The notes: generated from the sequence alone by a model not told the origin. A DNA stretch of 30,337 nt from a virus (IMGVR_UViG_3300006114_000763:1-30337), one strand, 5' to 3'; shown: positions 16,666-26,186, counted from the stretch's first letter. Program-made: numbers and translations.

Positions 16666-17911
16666 TATCCACTTCTGCTACGAATGCTGTTACACCCATA
16701 TTGCCAATAACATGGCTGGCTGTACGAATCATATCCATCAAAGGATCAACTGCGATAAACAATACTAAAACTGCTTCGCTAGGGAGTTTCAATAAATCAC
16801 AAACCACTGCAACTGTTGCAACAGTTAATATACCTGTAGTACCAGCACTGGCTAGGCCTGCGAGAATACTACCAAACAAAACAACTACCAAGCCAGCAAC
16901 ACCTAGATGTAGATCATAGATGCCGGCAATAAACGCTGTGGCAATGGCATAATAAACAATACTACCAATACGATTTACTGTAAAACTCAGTGGTGTAGTT
17001 AGTTCAACAGCATCCTTGTTGTAGCCTAGTTTAACTAGAGCATCTTGGCTGTAAGGGATACAGGCTAAACTTGAACGGCTGCTGATAGCAATCATAAATG
17101 TTTCTTGTATGCCTTTGACGGTGGCCACAATACTCCTACGGCATTTCCAAGCAATGTATGCTGTAGCAATGGCAGCGATTAAGAAACCACCCACTGTTTG
17201 TTGAATAATAAAATCAACCATGGTACCAAAGATACCTACGCCTACCTTGGCTACCTGCGTTGAAATCATGGCAAACAAGGCAATGGGCAGGAAGTAGTTT
17301 AAGAACTTGAAGATGCTAATGCTGGCCTGTTGTACACTCTTAAACACATCAATCATTATTTCCTGACCCGCTGATTTAATATTACCTAGGGCAATACCAA
17401 AGATCAAACAGAAGATAACAATCTTCAAACTTTCACCAGCGTCCAAACTTTGGAAAATATTTTCAGGAATAAACTTTTGGATTACGGCACCAGCACTGGG
17501 CTTGGGTGCAACAGGCATAGGCTCTTTGAGTGTAATCGTCATTTCAGAACTTTGGTCTTTATTGTTGACCAAGGCACCTAGTTGTATTTTCTTTTCTGCT
17601 GTCATTTCACTGCCAGTAATCAGTGTAGACCCTACACCCACTACAGCGGCCAAGGTCATACTGGCCAGAAAGCCAATGACGATTTTCTTAATCATTGTTT
17701 GGCTACCTTCTTTTTGTAACAAGCCAACTACACCTACTAGAATAGTGGCAAACAAGAATGGTAGTACAACTACTTTTAACAGGCTAATATAGATTCCGCC
17801 AATAGGCTCTAACGCCATAACTTCGTGTGGCAAATATACACCACCCGCAACGGCCAGCAAAATGCTGCCAAGAATAGTCCAAGGACTAGATAGAAATTTC
17901 TTTAAGTTCAT
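16646..17911 (-). CDS. Dicarboxylate/amino acid:cation symporter (DAACS, GltP family)
   Basis: IPENIF, SSRSS.A..P, P.S.TVN..G and D...DM.RT..V.G motifs; multi-TM. Confidence 0.9.
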   Translation of the reverse strand: MNLKKFLSSPWTILGSILLAVAGGVYLPHEVMALEPIGGIYISLLKVVVLPFLFATILVGVVGLLQKEGSQTMIKKIVIGFLASMTLAAVVGVGSTLITGSEMTAEKKIQLGALVNNKDQSSEMTITLKEPMPVAPKPSAGAVIQKFIPENIFQSLDAGESLKIVIFCLIFGIALGNIKSAGQEIMIDVFKSVQQASISIFKFLNYFLPIALFAMISTQVAKVGVGIFGTMVDFIIQQTVGGFLIAAIATAYIAWKCRRSIVATVKGIQETFMIAISSRSSLACIPYSQDALVKLGYNKDAVELTTPLSFTVNRIGSIVYYAIATAFIAGIYDLHLGVAGLVVVLFGSILAGLASAGTTGILTVATVAVVCDLLKLPSEAVLVLFIAVDPLMDMIRTASHVIGNMGVTAFVAEVDNGQNLS

Positions 17912-18723
17912 TTGTTTTCCTTGTATCTATTCATTAATCGTTTAACATCGATGTTATTATATTCGCTGGCTATAACAAAGTTAGCAATACCTAATAGTTG
18001 TAGATTGGTGGGTCTAACTGCCACAGCAATATGGTCAACACTATCACTGATAGTAATGGTCTTTGTACTCAATGCTGCTTCAGGATGTTCGAAACTAATC
18101 TTTTTAATTTCAAATTCATCACGGTAAGCGGCATCAATCTTGCCTGACATAACATTGTTCATAACCGTGGGCCATGTATCTTCAGGAACAAATGTGGCCC
18201 TAGGAAAGTTAATACGAGCATAGGTGTCGTAACTGCTGTTACGAATAAAACTGATCTTACCATCGAAGTCACGAATGACTTCATAGGGCTCGCGTCCCCT
18301 ACTGTTTTGACTCAACCATAGTCGGTTAACAATAAGACTTTGACGCAGTACAACATAGGGATTACTAAATCGTAATACCTGTAAGCGTGGGCCTGTGATA
18401 CTTAACTTGCTGACAGCAATGTCCGCACGACCATCACGAACCTGTTCTGCTACTTCAGCAAAACTTTTAGCATCTCTACGGAACTCCGCAGGTACTCCAA
18501 GTTGTTTGGCAATGCTTCGAGCAATCTCGACATCTAGACCATGTAGGTCATCACCTTGTCCGCTGAAGAACGGAGGGCTGTCTGGGCCGTTCATGGCCAC
18601 CACTAACTTACCTGCTTTTTTAATAGCAGCAATATCAGCGGGTAATGGTACTTTAGAATCGGGGACTTGTCCATAGACTGCCAACGACACTAAGAAAGAT
18701 AGTAATATAAGTAGTTTTTTCAT
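17908..18723 (-). CDS. Polar amino acid-binding periplasmic protein (SBP family 3)
   Basis: Signal peptide, PPF, G.DVEIA..IA..LG, G.AD...S...T..R and FS.PY motifs. Confidence 0.88.
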   Translation of the reverse strand: MKKLLILLSFLVSLAVYGQVPDSKVPLPADIAAIKKAGKLVVAMNGPDSPPFFSGQGDDLHGLDVEIARSIAKQLGVPAEFRRDAKSFAEVAEQVRDGRADIAVSKLSITGPRLQVLRFSNPYVVLRQSLIVNRLWLSQNSRGREPYEVIRDFDGKISFIRNSSYDTYARINFPRATFVPEDTWPTVMNNVMSGKIDAAYRDEFEIKKISFEHPEAALSTKTITISDSVDHIAVAVRPTNLQLLGIANFVIASEYNNIDVKRLMNRYKENK

Positions 18724-18728
18724 AATAG

Positions 18729-18736
18729 TATTTATA
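18729..18736 (-). promoter_or_regulatory. T4-like late promoter
   Basis: Exact TATAAATA, 5 nt before the ATG at 18723. Confidence 0.6.
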
Positions 18737-18757
18737 TACTACTATATTAAAGGTAGA

Positions 18758-19345
18758 TTACTTATTAGCCAAAGGATTGTCGACGGCCTTTTGGATTTTG
18801 GCATCAACTTCTTTCTTCAATGCTACTAGTTCTCGATCGATTTCTTTCTTTAGTTGAGCATTTTCTTGACGCATAGATTGAAGTTCAGCACGCTCTTTAT
18901 CCAAATCTTCACGGACACCTTTACGCATATCACGCATTTCTGAATCTGATTGGCGGTTTGCATCCTTAACATAGCGTTCAACTTGTTCTGTAACTGTTTC
19001 AGTTCTACGAATATCGCCCTTTAAGTCGTTTTTAATGTCACGGGTATAGTCATTGGTTTTTCCAATGGTTTCTTCAATCACCGCTAGACGCTTATCAAAA
19101 CCACTTAGGTCTGGTGCAGAATAATCAGCAATCTTTTTCTTCATGCTTTGGTAGTCTTTATACACTTCAAAACATCCATACAACCCGCCTAGTGTAGAAC
19201 TCACAATAGTAAATGCTACCATTAGTTTGGCTGGCGTGAACTCATAGCCACCAATACTGATAACAGTATCCTTGCTGGCATATTTTTTCATTGCCGCTTC
19301 AGCTTCGTCAATCTTTGCATTAACGTCTTTAATTTCTTCGGTCAT
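18758..19345 (-). CDS. Membrane-anchored coiled-coil hypothetical protein
   Basis: One TM segment near the N-terminus followed by a long charged helical region. Confidence 0.75.
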   Translation of the reverse strand: MTEEIKDVNAKIDEAEAAMKKYASKDTVISIGGYEFTPAKLMVAFTIVSSTLGGLYGCFEVYKDYQSMKKKIADYSAPDLSGFDKRLAVIEETIGKTNDYTRDIKNDLKGDIRRTETVTEQVERYVKDANRQSDSEMRDMRKGVREDLDKERAELQSMRQENAQLKKEIDRELVALKKEVDAKIQKAVDNPLANK

Positions 19346-22227
19346 TATTTTGCTCCTTGTTTATACTGTAGATCAACCATTTCTTGGTGCAATCTATCAC
19401 TTCCTCTTGTTAAACCTCTTAATACACGCTCGTTATCTATAGTCTTTTGATTCTTATATACTTCTTCCGACTTATAGAATTTTGCATCTAATAATGTCAA
19501 TTTTGCATAGGCATCAAACCCCTTGGGCTGTGTGGCAATACTAGCTATGTCAACACCGCCTGCAACTTCATTAGGCTGTACATTACGTTTGATCTGTCCG
19601 TCCTGTGTTTGTTCTGCACCCTGTAGTGTCATAAATGCTTGTTCATTTACATAATCGTTGATTGAACCTCGACTACTTGCACGAGCGATTTCTGTCTTAG
19701 GTATTTCAACTTCAGTTACAGGAGATGGAAATGTTTTCTTCATAGTATCTAAATTAGTTGTGGTAAAAATTGAATAGTCAACAAAAGAACTTGATTGGTT
19801 ACTTTCAGGCTGTGGCGGCGGCATATATTGAACCACCGGCTGTTGAGCAGTCACAGATTGAACTATTTGTTGCTGTACCATAGCCACAGTAGTTACCTGT
19901 ACAGGTACTTCGGCTTGAGTTTGTTTAGGAGGAGTTGGAGCAGTATTTATTACTGTGCTTTGTTGAACTACCTGTTGTACAGCTTCTTGTTGTCGAGGTA
20001 CAGGCGGTGGTAAACTAGCAGTTTGAACCTGTTGTCCTGTGGCCTGCGATGTTGTTGCCTGCTGTTGAGGTGCCGTAGGCAATGCATTTATAGTCTGTAC
20101 TTGTTGTACAACGGCCTGCACTAGTTCTTGTTGGCGTGGTGCCTGGGGTGGTAAACTACTAGTCTGTTCCTGCTGTGTGGAACTTACTACTGCTTCTTGC
20201 TGTTTCGGAGCAGGGGGAAGTGTTTGAGTGGTAGTTTGTTGAACGACTACTGTGGTATTTTGTGTGCTTGAAACATTGTCATTTCTTGCAGGTAAAGAAG
20301 ATTGAGAATTAGATGTAGTTTCAGCTACTTGTGTAGTAGAGGCTTGATTACTTGCTGTTCGTTGATTATTAATGCTGGCCAAGGTAGTTGGGGTATTGGC
20401 CTGTAGTGTGATCACACTGGTTGAACTGCTACTGGCAGTTTTAGTAGATGTCGATGATGTAGAACTGGCTACAGCAGTGGCAGCAGTGATACTGGCCGAT
20501 TGTGCTGTGCCTGCTACTGCTTCTGCTATAGTTAATGCTGCTGATGTTGCTGTTGCCGCGGCTTCATTGGCCTGTGCTACTACTGCGGCTGCGGTAGCAG
20601 TAACTTTAGCTTGTTCTTTAGATACCACACTCATGGCTAGAGCACTTGGCCCGCTTCCTCCACCTTTACTTTCACTTGACGGTTTAGTGGATCCGGCAAC
20701 TTGCACATCGCCTGGTTTAGGTTGTGGGTTAGTAGCACTAGGTGCCGCACTAGTCACAGGGGCACTGGTAGCAGGTCCGGGACCAGCAGCCGCTTGTTGC
20801 TGCGGGGGAGGTTGTTGGCTATTAGGATCTGGACCAGCTGGTGCAGGTGCCACCGGAGCAGAGGCAACTGCCGGACCAGGTGCCGGACCAGGTGCCGGAC
20901 CAGCGGCAAGTGCAGGGGCGGCAGTATCTGGTGCAGGGGAATTAGGATCTGGAGCAGGACCGGCAACTGGACTAGCAGCAGGTTGGGCACTAGCAGCAGC
21001 CAATGCTTGTTGTTTAGCAAAGGCAGCACCGTAACCTGGACAACTGGTACTAGACAAGGGGTTGGTTGTACAAGGATCAGGAGTGTATAATGCTGTAACA
21101 CTCATATTCTGAACGGCAGCATTTCCTGATGTTGTTGCCCCCATTGTAAAATTACCCAATGACAAAGAATTTGTTGTAGAAGATAGCAAGAATTGACGCG
21201 ATACATTTTCAGCTGTATTAGGTGTTGAATAACTTTGTCCAGCAGTATAGACAGTTTGATTGTTACTATTTGTTAATAGCACTCGTACTTGAGCATTGGG
21301 ATTAGTAGTCATATACCAACTACAAGAACCATCTTGGTTAGTAGCAGTACAACCATAGGTACCGTTGCCTAGACTATAGTTATAACTGTAGTTAAATCCA
21401 TACACCTTAACACCTGCCCCAGAGTTTTCCAATGCTGTATTAACGGCGAATGTGTTATAAACTGTACTGCCACTGGATGCTACAGCATTTGGTTCGGGCA
21501 ATAGATTATTACTGGTTACAACATCCTTAAATCCAGCACAGGTTGGACTATAAGCAGGATTGGTAGCGCAGGGATTTGTAGTGTATAATAAATCTACGCT
21601 ATTGACATGGACTCTAGGACCATAGTAGCCTGCCCAGTAGTTTTGATCCTTACCTGTGAAACTGACCTGTAGGCCAGTGGCCGCAGTGGTGTCATAACGA
21701 TTGTTGAATAGTTGTGTGCCTGAGAATTGTTGAAAAATGCCCGAAGCAGTATTAACATTGCTATAGTTATAACCAAAACTTTCTAAGGTACTTCCGCCAG
21801 GTCCCAACAAACTAACCGTACCAGTTACGGTACCTCTATTACCATTTGATATACTTTTCTCATTGTTAATACCCCAAGAGTAAGTATAGCCTGCTAGTTG
21901 TATGCCTGTGCCCGCATTGGCCAGTGCTGTGTTAATAGCCGCAGTTTGACTAACAGTAACACCAGAACCGTTTGGGCCTGGGTTGTAGCCAAATATAATA
22001 TTGCCAGTGGAAGGATTATAGGCAGGAGTTGACCCGCCACTATATCCACCAGCTTGGCCTGTTACAGTATTAGACCAAGGCAAACCACCGCCAAGGTTTA
22101 GGACGTTGCTAGTTGAACTTAGTGGCAGCCCTGTAACAGGGTCTGTGGTTTGAGCATTAGTGGTTGAAGATGCGATAAGCAATAATGCCCAGCAAACTAC
22201 CGACGCCAATATTTTTGTAATAGTCAT
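19345..22227 (-). CDS. Large exported protein: two beta-rich Cys-capped domains plus a Pro/Ala and Ser/Thr/Gln low-complexity stalk
   Basis: Signal peptide, a PCxxNPxxSxxCxG motif twice, and a 960-codon open frame. Confidence 0.8.
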   Translation of the reverse strand: MTITKILASVVCWALLLIASSTTNAQTTDPVTGLPLSSTSNVLNLGGGLPWSNTVTGQAGGYSGGSTPAYNPSTGNIIFGYNPGPNGSGVTVSQTAAINTALANAGTGIQLAGYTYSWGINNEKSISNGNRGTVTGTVSLLGPGGSTLESFGYNYSNVNTASGIFQQFSGTQLFNNRYDTTAATGLQVSFTGKDQNYWAGYYGPRVHVNSVDLLYTTNPCATNPAYSPTCAGFKDVVTSNNLLPEPNAVASSGSTVYNTFAVNTALENSGAGVKVYGFNYSYNYSLGNGTYGCTATNQDGSCSWYMTTNPNAQVRVLLTNSNNQTVYTAGQSYSTPNTAENVSRQFLLSSTTNSLSLGNFTMGATTSGNAAVQNMSVTALYTPDPCTTNPLSSTSCPGYGAAFAKQQALAAASAQPAASPVAGPAPDPNSPAPDTAAPALAAGPAPGPAPGPAVASAPVAPAPAGPDPNSQQPPPQQQAAAGPGPATSAPVTSAAPSATNPQPKPGDVQVAGSTKPSSESKGGGSGPSALAMSVVSKEQAKVTATAAAVVAQANEAAATATSAALTIAEAVAGTAQSASITAATAVASSTSSTSTKTASSSSTSVITLQANTPTTLASINNQRTASNQASTTQVAETTSNSQSSLPARNDNVSSTQNTTVVVQQTTTQTLPPAPKQQEAVVSSTQQEQTSSLPPQAPRQQELVQAVVQQVQTINALPTAPQQQATTSQATGQQVQTASLPPPVPRQQEAVQQVVQQSTVINTAPTPPKQTQAEVPVQVTTVAMVQQQIVQSVTAQQPVVQYMPPPQPESNQSSSFVDYSIFTTTNLDTMKKTFPSPVTEVEIPKTEIARASSRGSINDYVNEQAFMTLQGAEQTQDGQIKRNVQPNEVAGGVDIASIATQPKGFDAYAKLTLLDAKFYKSEEVYKNQKTIDNERVLRGLTRGSDRLHQEMVDLQYKQGAK

Positions 22228-23950
22228 TGTCTTTTACCACTTCTTCCATTTTAGGTAACTTGTCTTCGTTTTCTTCCCAAGCTGCTCTAGCTTGTTCGCC
22301 GATCTTACCTTCGTAGGGGCAAGGTGTTCCTGCTGCCATCATGGCATCAAACACACGACGATCTTGACACATAGTGGCCACTGCGGCAACTTTCATGCCC
22401 ATGTCATATAGTGTTTTGCTTAACTTTAGTCGTTCGCAGTTCATATCGCGGTTTGTGCCGCCGTTGCTTACACCAAAGATCTGTGTTTGTACTGAGTTGC
22501 TTGTACCTGTAGTACATAGGTCAGCATTACCACCACTCATCATAGCAGGAGCAACAGCAGTTGGAGGAGGTTGAATAACCTTCTGTGTGATTGTGCTGTT
22601 GTTGTTATTGTTGTTGGTCAATGTACCGCTTTGAATGTTTTGGTTAACATTGTTGTTTGAACTTGTACTGTTGTTGGTATTGTTGTTGTTATTGGTAGCA
22701 GTACTGGTTGAAACATTATTGTTATTGTTGGTCATACTACCACTTTGAATGTTTTGATTAACATTGTTGCTGGTACTGGTGTTAGTATTAACATTGGTAT
22801 TGGCATTAACATTGTTGCTGGTACTAGCACTGGTACTATTAACGGTACTGGTATTGACATTGTTGTTATTGTAGGTCATTGTACCGCTGTTAATATTATT
22901 ATTGGTATTAACATTAGTGTTTGCGCTGGTAGAACTACTTGTATTAGCATTATTGTTATTGTAGGTCATTGTACCTGAATTAACATTATTGTTAGTATTA
23001 ACATTAGTAGAACTACTTGTACTAGCATTATTATTGTTATAAGTCATTGTGCCACTGTTAATGTTATTATTTGTATTAACATTGGTATTTGAACTAGTGC
23101 TGGCGCTGGTACTGGCATTATTGTTATTATATGTCATTGTGCCAGTATTAACATTATTATTTGTGTTCACATTGGTACTGCTACTTGTATTAGCGTTGAC
23201 ATTATTGTTATTATATGTCATTGTTCCAGTGTTGACATTATTATTAGTATTGACACTGGTACTGGCACTGGTTGAAGCATTGACATTATTGTTATTATAA
23301 GTCATCGTACCAGTATTCACATTGTTGTTATTATTGGTATTGACATTGGTATTGCTACTGGTTGAAGCATTGACATTATTGTTATTGTATGTCATTGTAC
23401 CACTGTTAATGTTATTATTTGTATTAACATTGGTATTACTGCTAGTAGACGCACTGGTACTGGCATTATTGTTATTATATGTCATTGTACCAGTGTTAAC
23501 ATTATTATTGGTATTAACATTGGTATTACTGCTAGTACTGCTACTAGTACTGGCATTATTGTTATTGTAGGTCATTGTACCACTGTTGACGTTATTGTTG
23601 TTATAAGTCATTGTACCAGTGTTGACATTGTTGTTGTTATTGGTTACTGTACCACTTTGAATATTATTGTTAGTGTTTACAGCAGTAGAACTTGATGTTG
23701 AAGTATTATTATTATTACTTGTACTATTCACTGTGCTTGTACTAGTAGCATTACTAGTACTGACATTATTGTTGTTACTGTTTACAGTACTTAAACTATT
23801 CGATGTACTATTAGTATCTACCAGTGATGTAGAACTATATCCACCAGTTATACTGGAATTTTGATTGATCAATGTAGGATCACTAGATTGGGCGAGAGAA
23901 AAAGTGCTAAGTGCTGTTAGTGCGGCTATTGCCAGTAATTTTCTTATCAT
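22157..23950 (-). CDS. Exported Asn/Thr/Ser-rich repeat protein with a Cys-containing C-terminal domain
   Basis: GGAG RBS before the ATG at 23950, signal peptide, ten GTMTYNNNN repeats, and C-terminal DLCT...NCERLKL...MCQD...TPCP. Confidence 0.82.
   Translation of the reverse strand: MIRKLLAIAALTALSTFSLAQSSDPTLINQNSSITGGYSSTSLVDTNSTSNSLSTVNSNNNNVSTSNATSTSTVNSTSNNNNTSTSSSTAVNTNNNIQSGTVTNNNNNVNTGTMTYNNNNVNSGTMTYNNNNASTSSSTSSNTNVNTNNNVNTGTMTYNNNNASTSASTSSNTNVNTNNNINSGTMTYNNNNVNASTSSNTNVNTNNNNNVNTGTMTYNNNNVNASTSASTSVNTNNNVNTGTMTYNNNNVNANTSSSTNVNTNNNVNTGTMTYNNNNASTSASTSSNTNVNTNNNINSGTMTYNNNNASTSSSTNVNTNNNVNSGTMTYNNNNANTSSSTSANTNVNTNNNINSGTMTYNNNNVNTSTVNSTSASTSNNVNANTNVNTNTSTSNNVNQNIQSGSMTNNNNNVSTSTATNNNNNTNNSTSSNNNVNQNIQSGTLTNNNNNNSTITQKVIQPPPTAVAPAMMSGGNADLCTTGTSNSVQTQIFGVSNGGTNRDMNCERLKLSKTLYDMGMKVAAVATMCQDRRVFDAMMAAGTPCPYEGKIGEQARAAWEENEDKLPKMEEVVKDNDYYKNIGVGSLLGIIAYRIFNH
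22590..23810 (-). repeat. Intragenic imperfect tandem repeats encoding (GTMTYNNNN...NTNVNTNNN) units
   Basis: Recurring gtcattgtacc and ttattgtt DNA units with synonymous variation; boundaries approximate. Confidence 0.85.
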
Positions 23951-24023
23951 TGTGTACTCCATTAATAAGACTTCACATCTATTTAAGTACAACCATATAG
24001 GAATAAACTACACACTTAACCAT

Positions 24024-24049
24024 AAAAAAAGGGCTACAAGAGCCCTTTT
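24024..24049 (-). terminator. Intrinsic terminator after rimK
   Basis: AAAAGGGCT-CTTGT-AGCCCTTTTTTT on the minus strand. Confidence 0.75.
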
Positions 24050-24063
24050 GTAATCAGTATGTT

Positions 24064-24948
24064 TTATTTTACCTTATATTTAATATATTCGGTAATCAAA
24101 TCTGCTACATCAACACCGCAATATTTTTCAAAACCACTGAAACCTGGATTACTGTTAGCTTCACATACACGGAATCCACGCTTGTCAAATAATAAATCAA
24201 TGCCTGCTATGGTCAATCCCAATGTGCGGGCAGTTTCGCTGGCAATATATTCAATCTCGGGAGTGACTTCAAATCCTTCCCCAGTACCGCCAGCAGTAAT
24301 GTTAGCACGGAAATCACCTTCGGGCGCTGTTCGTTTCATAGCACCAATAACTTTACCACCTATTACCAGTACACGCAGATCTTCACCTGGATGATCACCG
24401 AGATATTCTTGAACCAGTAGCGTCTTTTTATTGCCTAAACTCTCTATAAATTCAACGAGTTTCTTATAATCTCGCTTCTTTTCGCATAGGTATACGCCAG
24501 CACCATAACTGCCTGTAACTACTTTAATAACACAGGGATAGCCAATGTTTTCCGCAATGAGTTTTTCCTGTATGGGAAAACGCACCATCATGGTATTGGG
24601 GATAGGAATACCAGCACGACTTAGTAGTTGGCTAGTCATCATTTTATTTTTAGCAGTTTCTATAGATGAGCTACTGTTTATAACAATCACGCCTGCTTGT
24701 TCAAAGTGTCTTAATACTGCTACTTGGAATGGAAGAATACCTGCGCCTAATCTAACCAGCACAAGTTTAGGTAGTTCAATGTCCTCGCCTTTGTATTTGA
24801 TACCTTTGCGGATATCACGGTCCACAACAATATCAAAATCATCGGGATGACATATTCTTACGGCAATATCTTTAGTAGTAAAACTTTCAATCAATCTGCC
24901 AGTTTCGTAGTCTGTGGGAGATTGTTTAGTTATAATGATGACGCTCAT
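24064..24948 (-). CDS. rimK: RimK family ATP-grasp alpha-L-glutamate ligase
   Basis: GS.G.GV, VQEY, DLRVLVIG, FRAN...GG and EANSNPGF motifs. Confidence 0.88.
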   Translation of the reverse strand: MSVIIITKQSPTDYETGRLIESFTTKDIAVRICHPDDFDIVVDRDIRKGIKYKGEDIELPKLVLVRLGAGILPFQVAVLRHFEQAGVIVINSSSSIETAKNKMMTSQLLSRAGIPIPNTMMVRFPIQEKLIAENIGYPCVIKVVTGSYGAGVYLCEKKRDYKKLVEFIESLGNKKTLLVQEYLGDHPGEDLRVLVIGGKVIGAMKRTAPEGDFRANITAGGTGEGFEVTPEIEYIASETARTLGLTIAGIDLLFDKRGFRVCEANSNPGFSGFEKYCGVDVADLITEYIKYKVK

Positions 24949-24969
24949 ACTGTACCTATTATCTACACA

Positions 24970-24977
24970 TATTTATA
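24970..24977 (-). promoter_or_regulatory. T4-like late promoter upstream of rimK
   Basis: Exact TATAAATA in the intergenic gap. Confidence 0.5.
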
Positions 24978-25006
24978 TTAAAGTATAAGATAACTAGATT
25001 ACAGTT

Positions 25007-25669
25007 TTATTTAATCTCGGGAAATAGAACTTCTTCCACGAACTTCTTCATGGTATTTTCTTCTACGCCCATGGCAACCATACTGCGAACTACATGTGGA
25101 TTTTGTTTTTGCCAATAACAATAGCGATTTTGATGTTCTGTATTGTCAGTACCAGGCTGGTTATTTAGGCCAACATGTAACAAATAATATTCCAGTGTAT
25201 CTTTGGCAAGTTCGACAAGGCTGTCTAACTCCTCGCCGACTTGTACATTACCTGCTGCCACCATGCTGGTACTGAATATCTTTTGTGCCCATTCAGGTAA
25301 CTCGCGAGGCTTGTTCCAAGCAATATTTTTCACACGGTCAGCAAACCAAACTTCCATTTCAGAGCAGCCACCTGCCCAAGAAAAGTCATGAAAGGCTCCT
25401 GTGATCTTATTTGGTCCGCATACAGCATCGAAACCCCAAATAGGACTAGGGCTGTTGATGTGTGGGAATATGGTACAATGTAGGATGTAGAGTTTATGCG
25501 TGTCTCTATTATCTACAATTTCAATATGTGCCCTACGAAAACGCTGGCTTTCGTAAATTTTATTATACCAATCGTAGTTGTGTGGTGTATCTATTAAAAA
25601 CCCAGTATCATCAAAACGCATTTCAATGTGCTGGGCCAGCTTTTCAATCTTATCCCAAAGCTGAGTCAT
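25007..25669 (-). CDS. pcyX: Ferredoxin-dependent bilin reductase (PcyX/PcyA-like)
   Basis: FRRAHIE, LHC.IFP, GFD, RELPEWA..IFS and QNRYC..QKQN motifs; adjacent to heme oxygenase. Confidence 0.78.
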   Translation of the reverse strand: MTQLWDKIEKLAQHIEMRFDDTGFLIDTPHNYDWYNKIYESQRFRRAHIEIVDNRDTHKLYILHCTIFPHINSPSPIWGFDAVCGPNKITGAFHDFSWAGGCSEMEVWFADRVKNIAWNKPRELPEWAQKIFSTSMVAAGNVQVGEELDSLVELAKDTLEYYLLHVGLNNQPGTDNTEHQNRYCYWQKQNPHVVRSMVAMGVEENTMKKFVEEVLFPEIK

Positions 25670-26186
25670 AGTCTCTCATCATGCGGATAGCCCAGTCAAA
25701 GGCCACATTGGCTTCATCACCCATGCTGTCGTCTAGTTTAGCACGGATGTTAGTCATCAATGTACGAGCATCTTCAAACTCTAAGTTGCGATGCGGTCCA
25801 GGAACAATCTTCTTAATCATCTGTCCACCAAACATATCGCCCATGTGCCAAGTATACAAGTGGGCCATGATCTTGTTAGGGTCATTGCTGATGGACAGCA
25901 GGTAGTTATAGTAATCAACTACCACGGGACGGAACGAATGCTGTGGATTACCTTCATTCATTTCTCTGTAGTCCATGGCTAGATAAAAGGCTCTACGCAA
26001 ATCTGGTAGATCTGACAGTAGTCGATTAGCACCAGCGGCACCCTCGATAGCACCATAGAACAACCATTTTTGGTATGTCCAGTCTATCCAAAGTTCTCTG
26101 GGCAATGTTTGAGCAAACACAGCCTTCATGAATTTAGTGCCTTCGGCTAGGGTGTGTTTATCTTTGGTTAAATCTTTTAAACTCAT
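25650..26186 (-). CDS. hemO: Heme oxygenase (biliverdin-producing)
   Basis: LKDLTK..H..AE with proximal His, AHLY...GD..GGQ and EA..AF motifs. Confidence 0.88.
   Translation of the reverse strand: MSLKDLTKDKHTLAEGTKFMKAVFAQTLPRELWIDWTYQKWLFYGAIEGAAGANRLLSDLPDLRRAFYLAMDYREMNEGNPQHSFRPVVVDYYNYLLSISNDPNKIMAHLYTWHMGDMFGGQMIKKIVPGPHRNLEFEDARTLMTNIRAKLDDSMGDEANVAFDWAIRMMRDYDSALG

Noticed and set aside
22590-23810. Repeats resembling a CRISPR array
   Set aside because: The units are in-frame, synonymously variable and lack unique spacers, so they are protein-coding repeats.
20372-23864. Plus-strand Leu/Val- or Ala-rich ORFs
   Set aside because: They are antisense shadows of the low-complexity minus-strand genes.
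15384-24948. Racemase plus ATP-grasp as a D-aspartate ligase pathway
   Set aside because: The ATP-grasp looks like ordinary RimK, is about 8 kb away and is separated from the racemase by a terminator.
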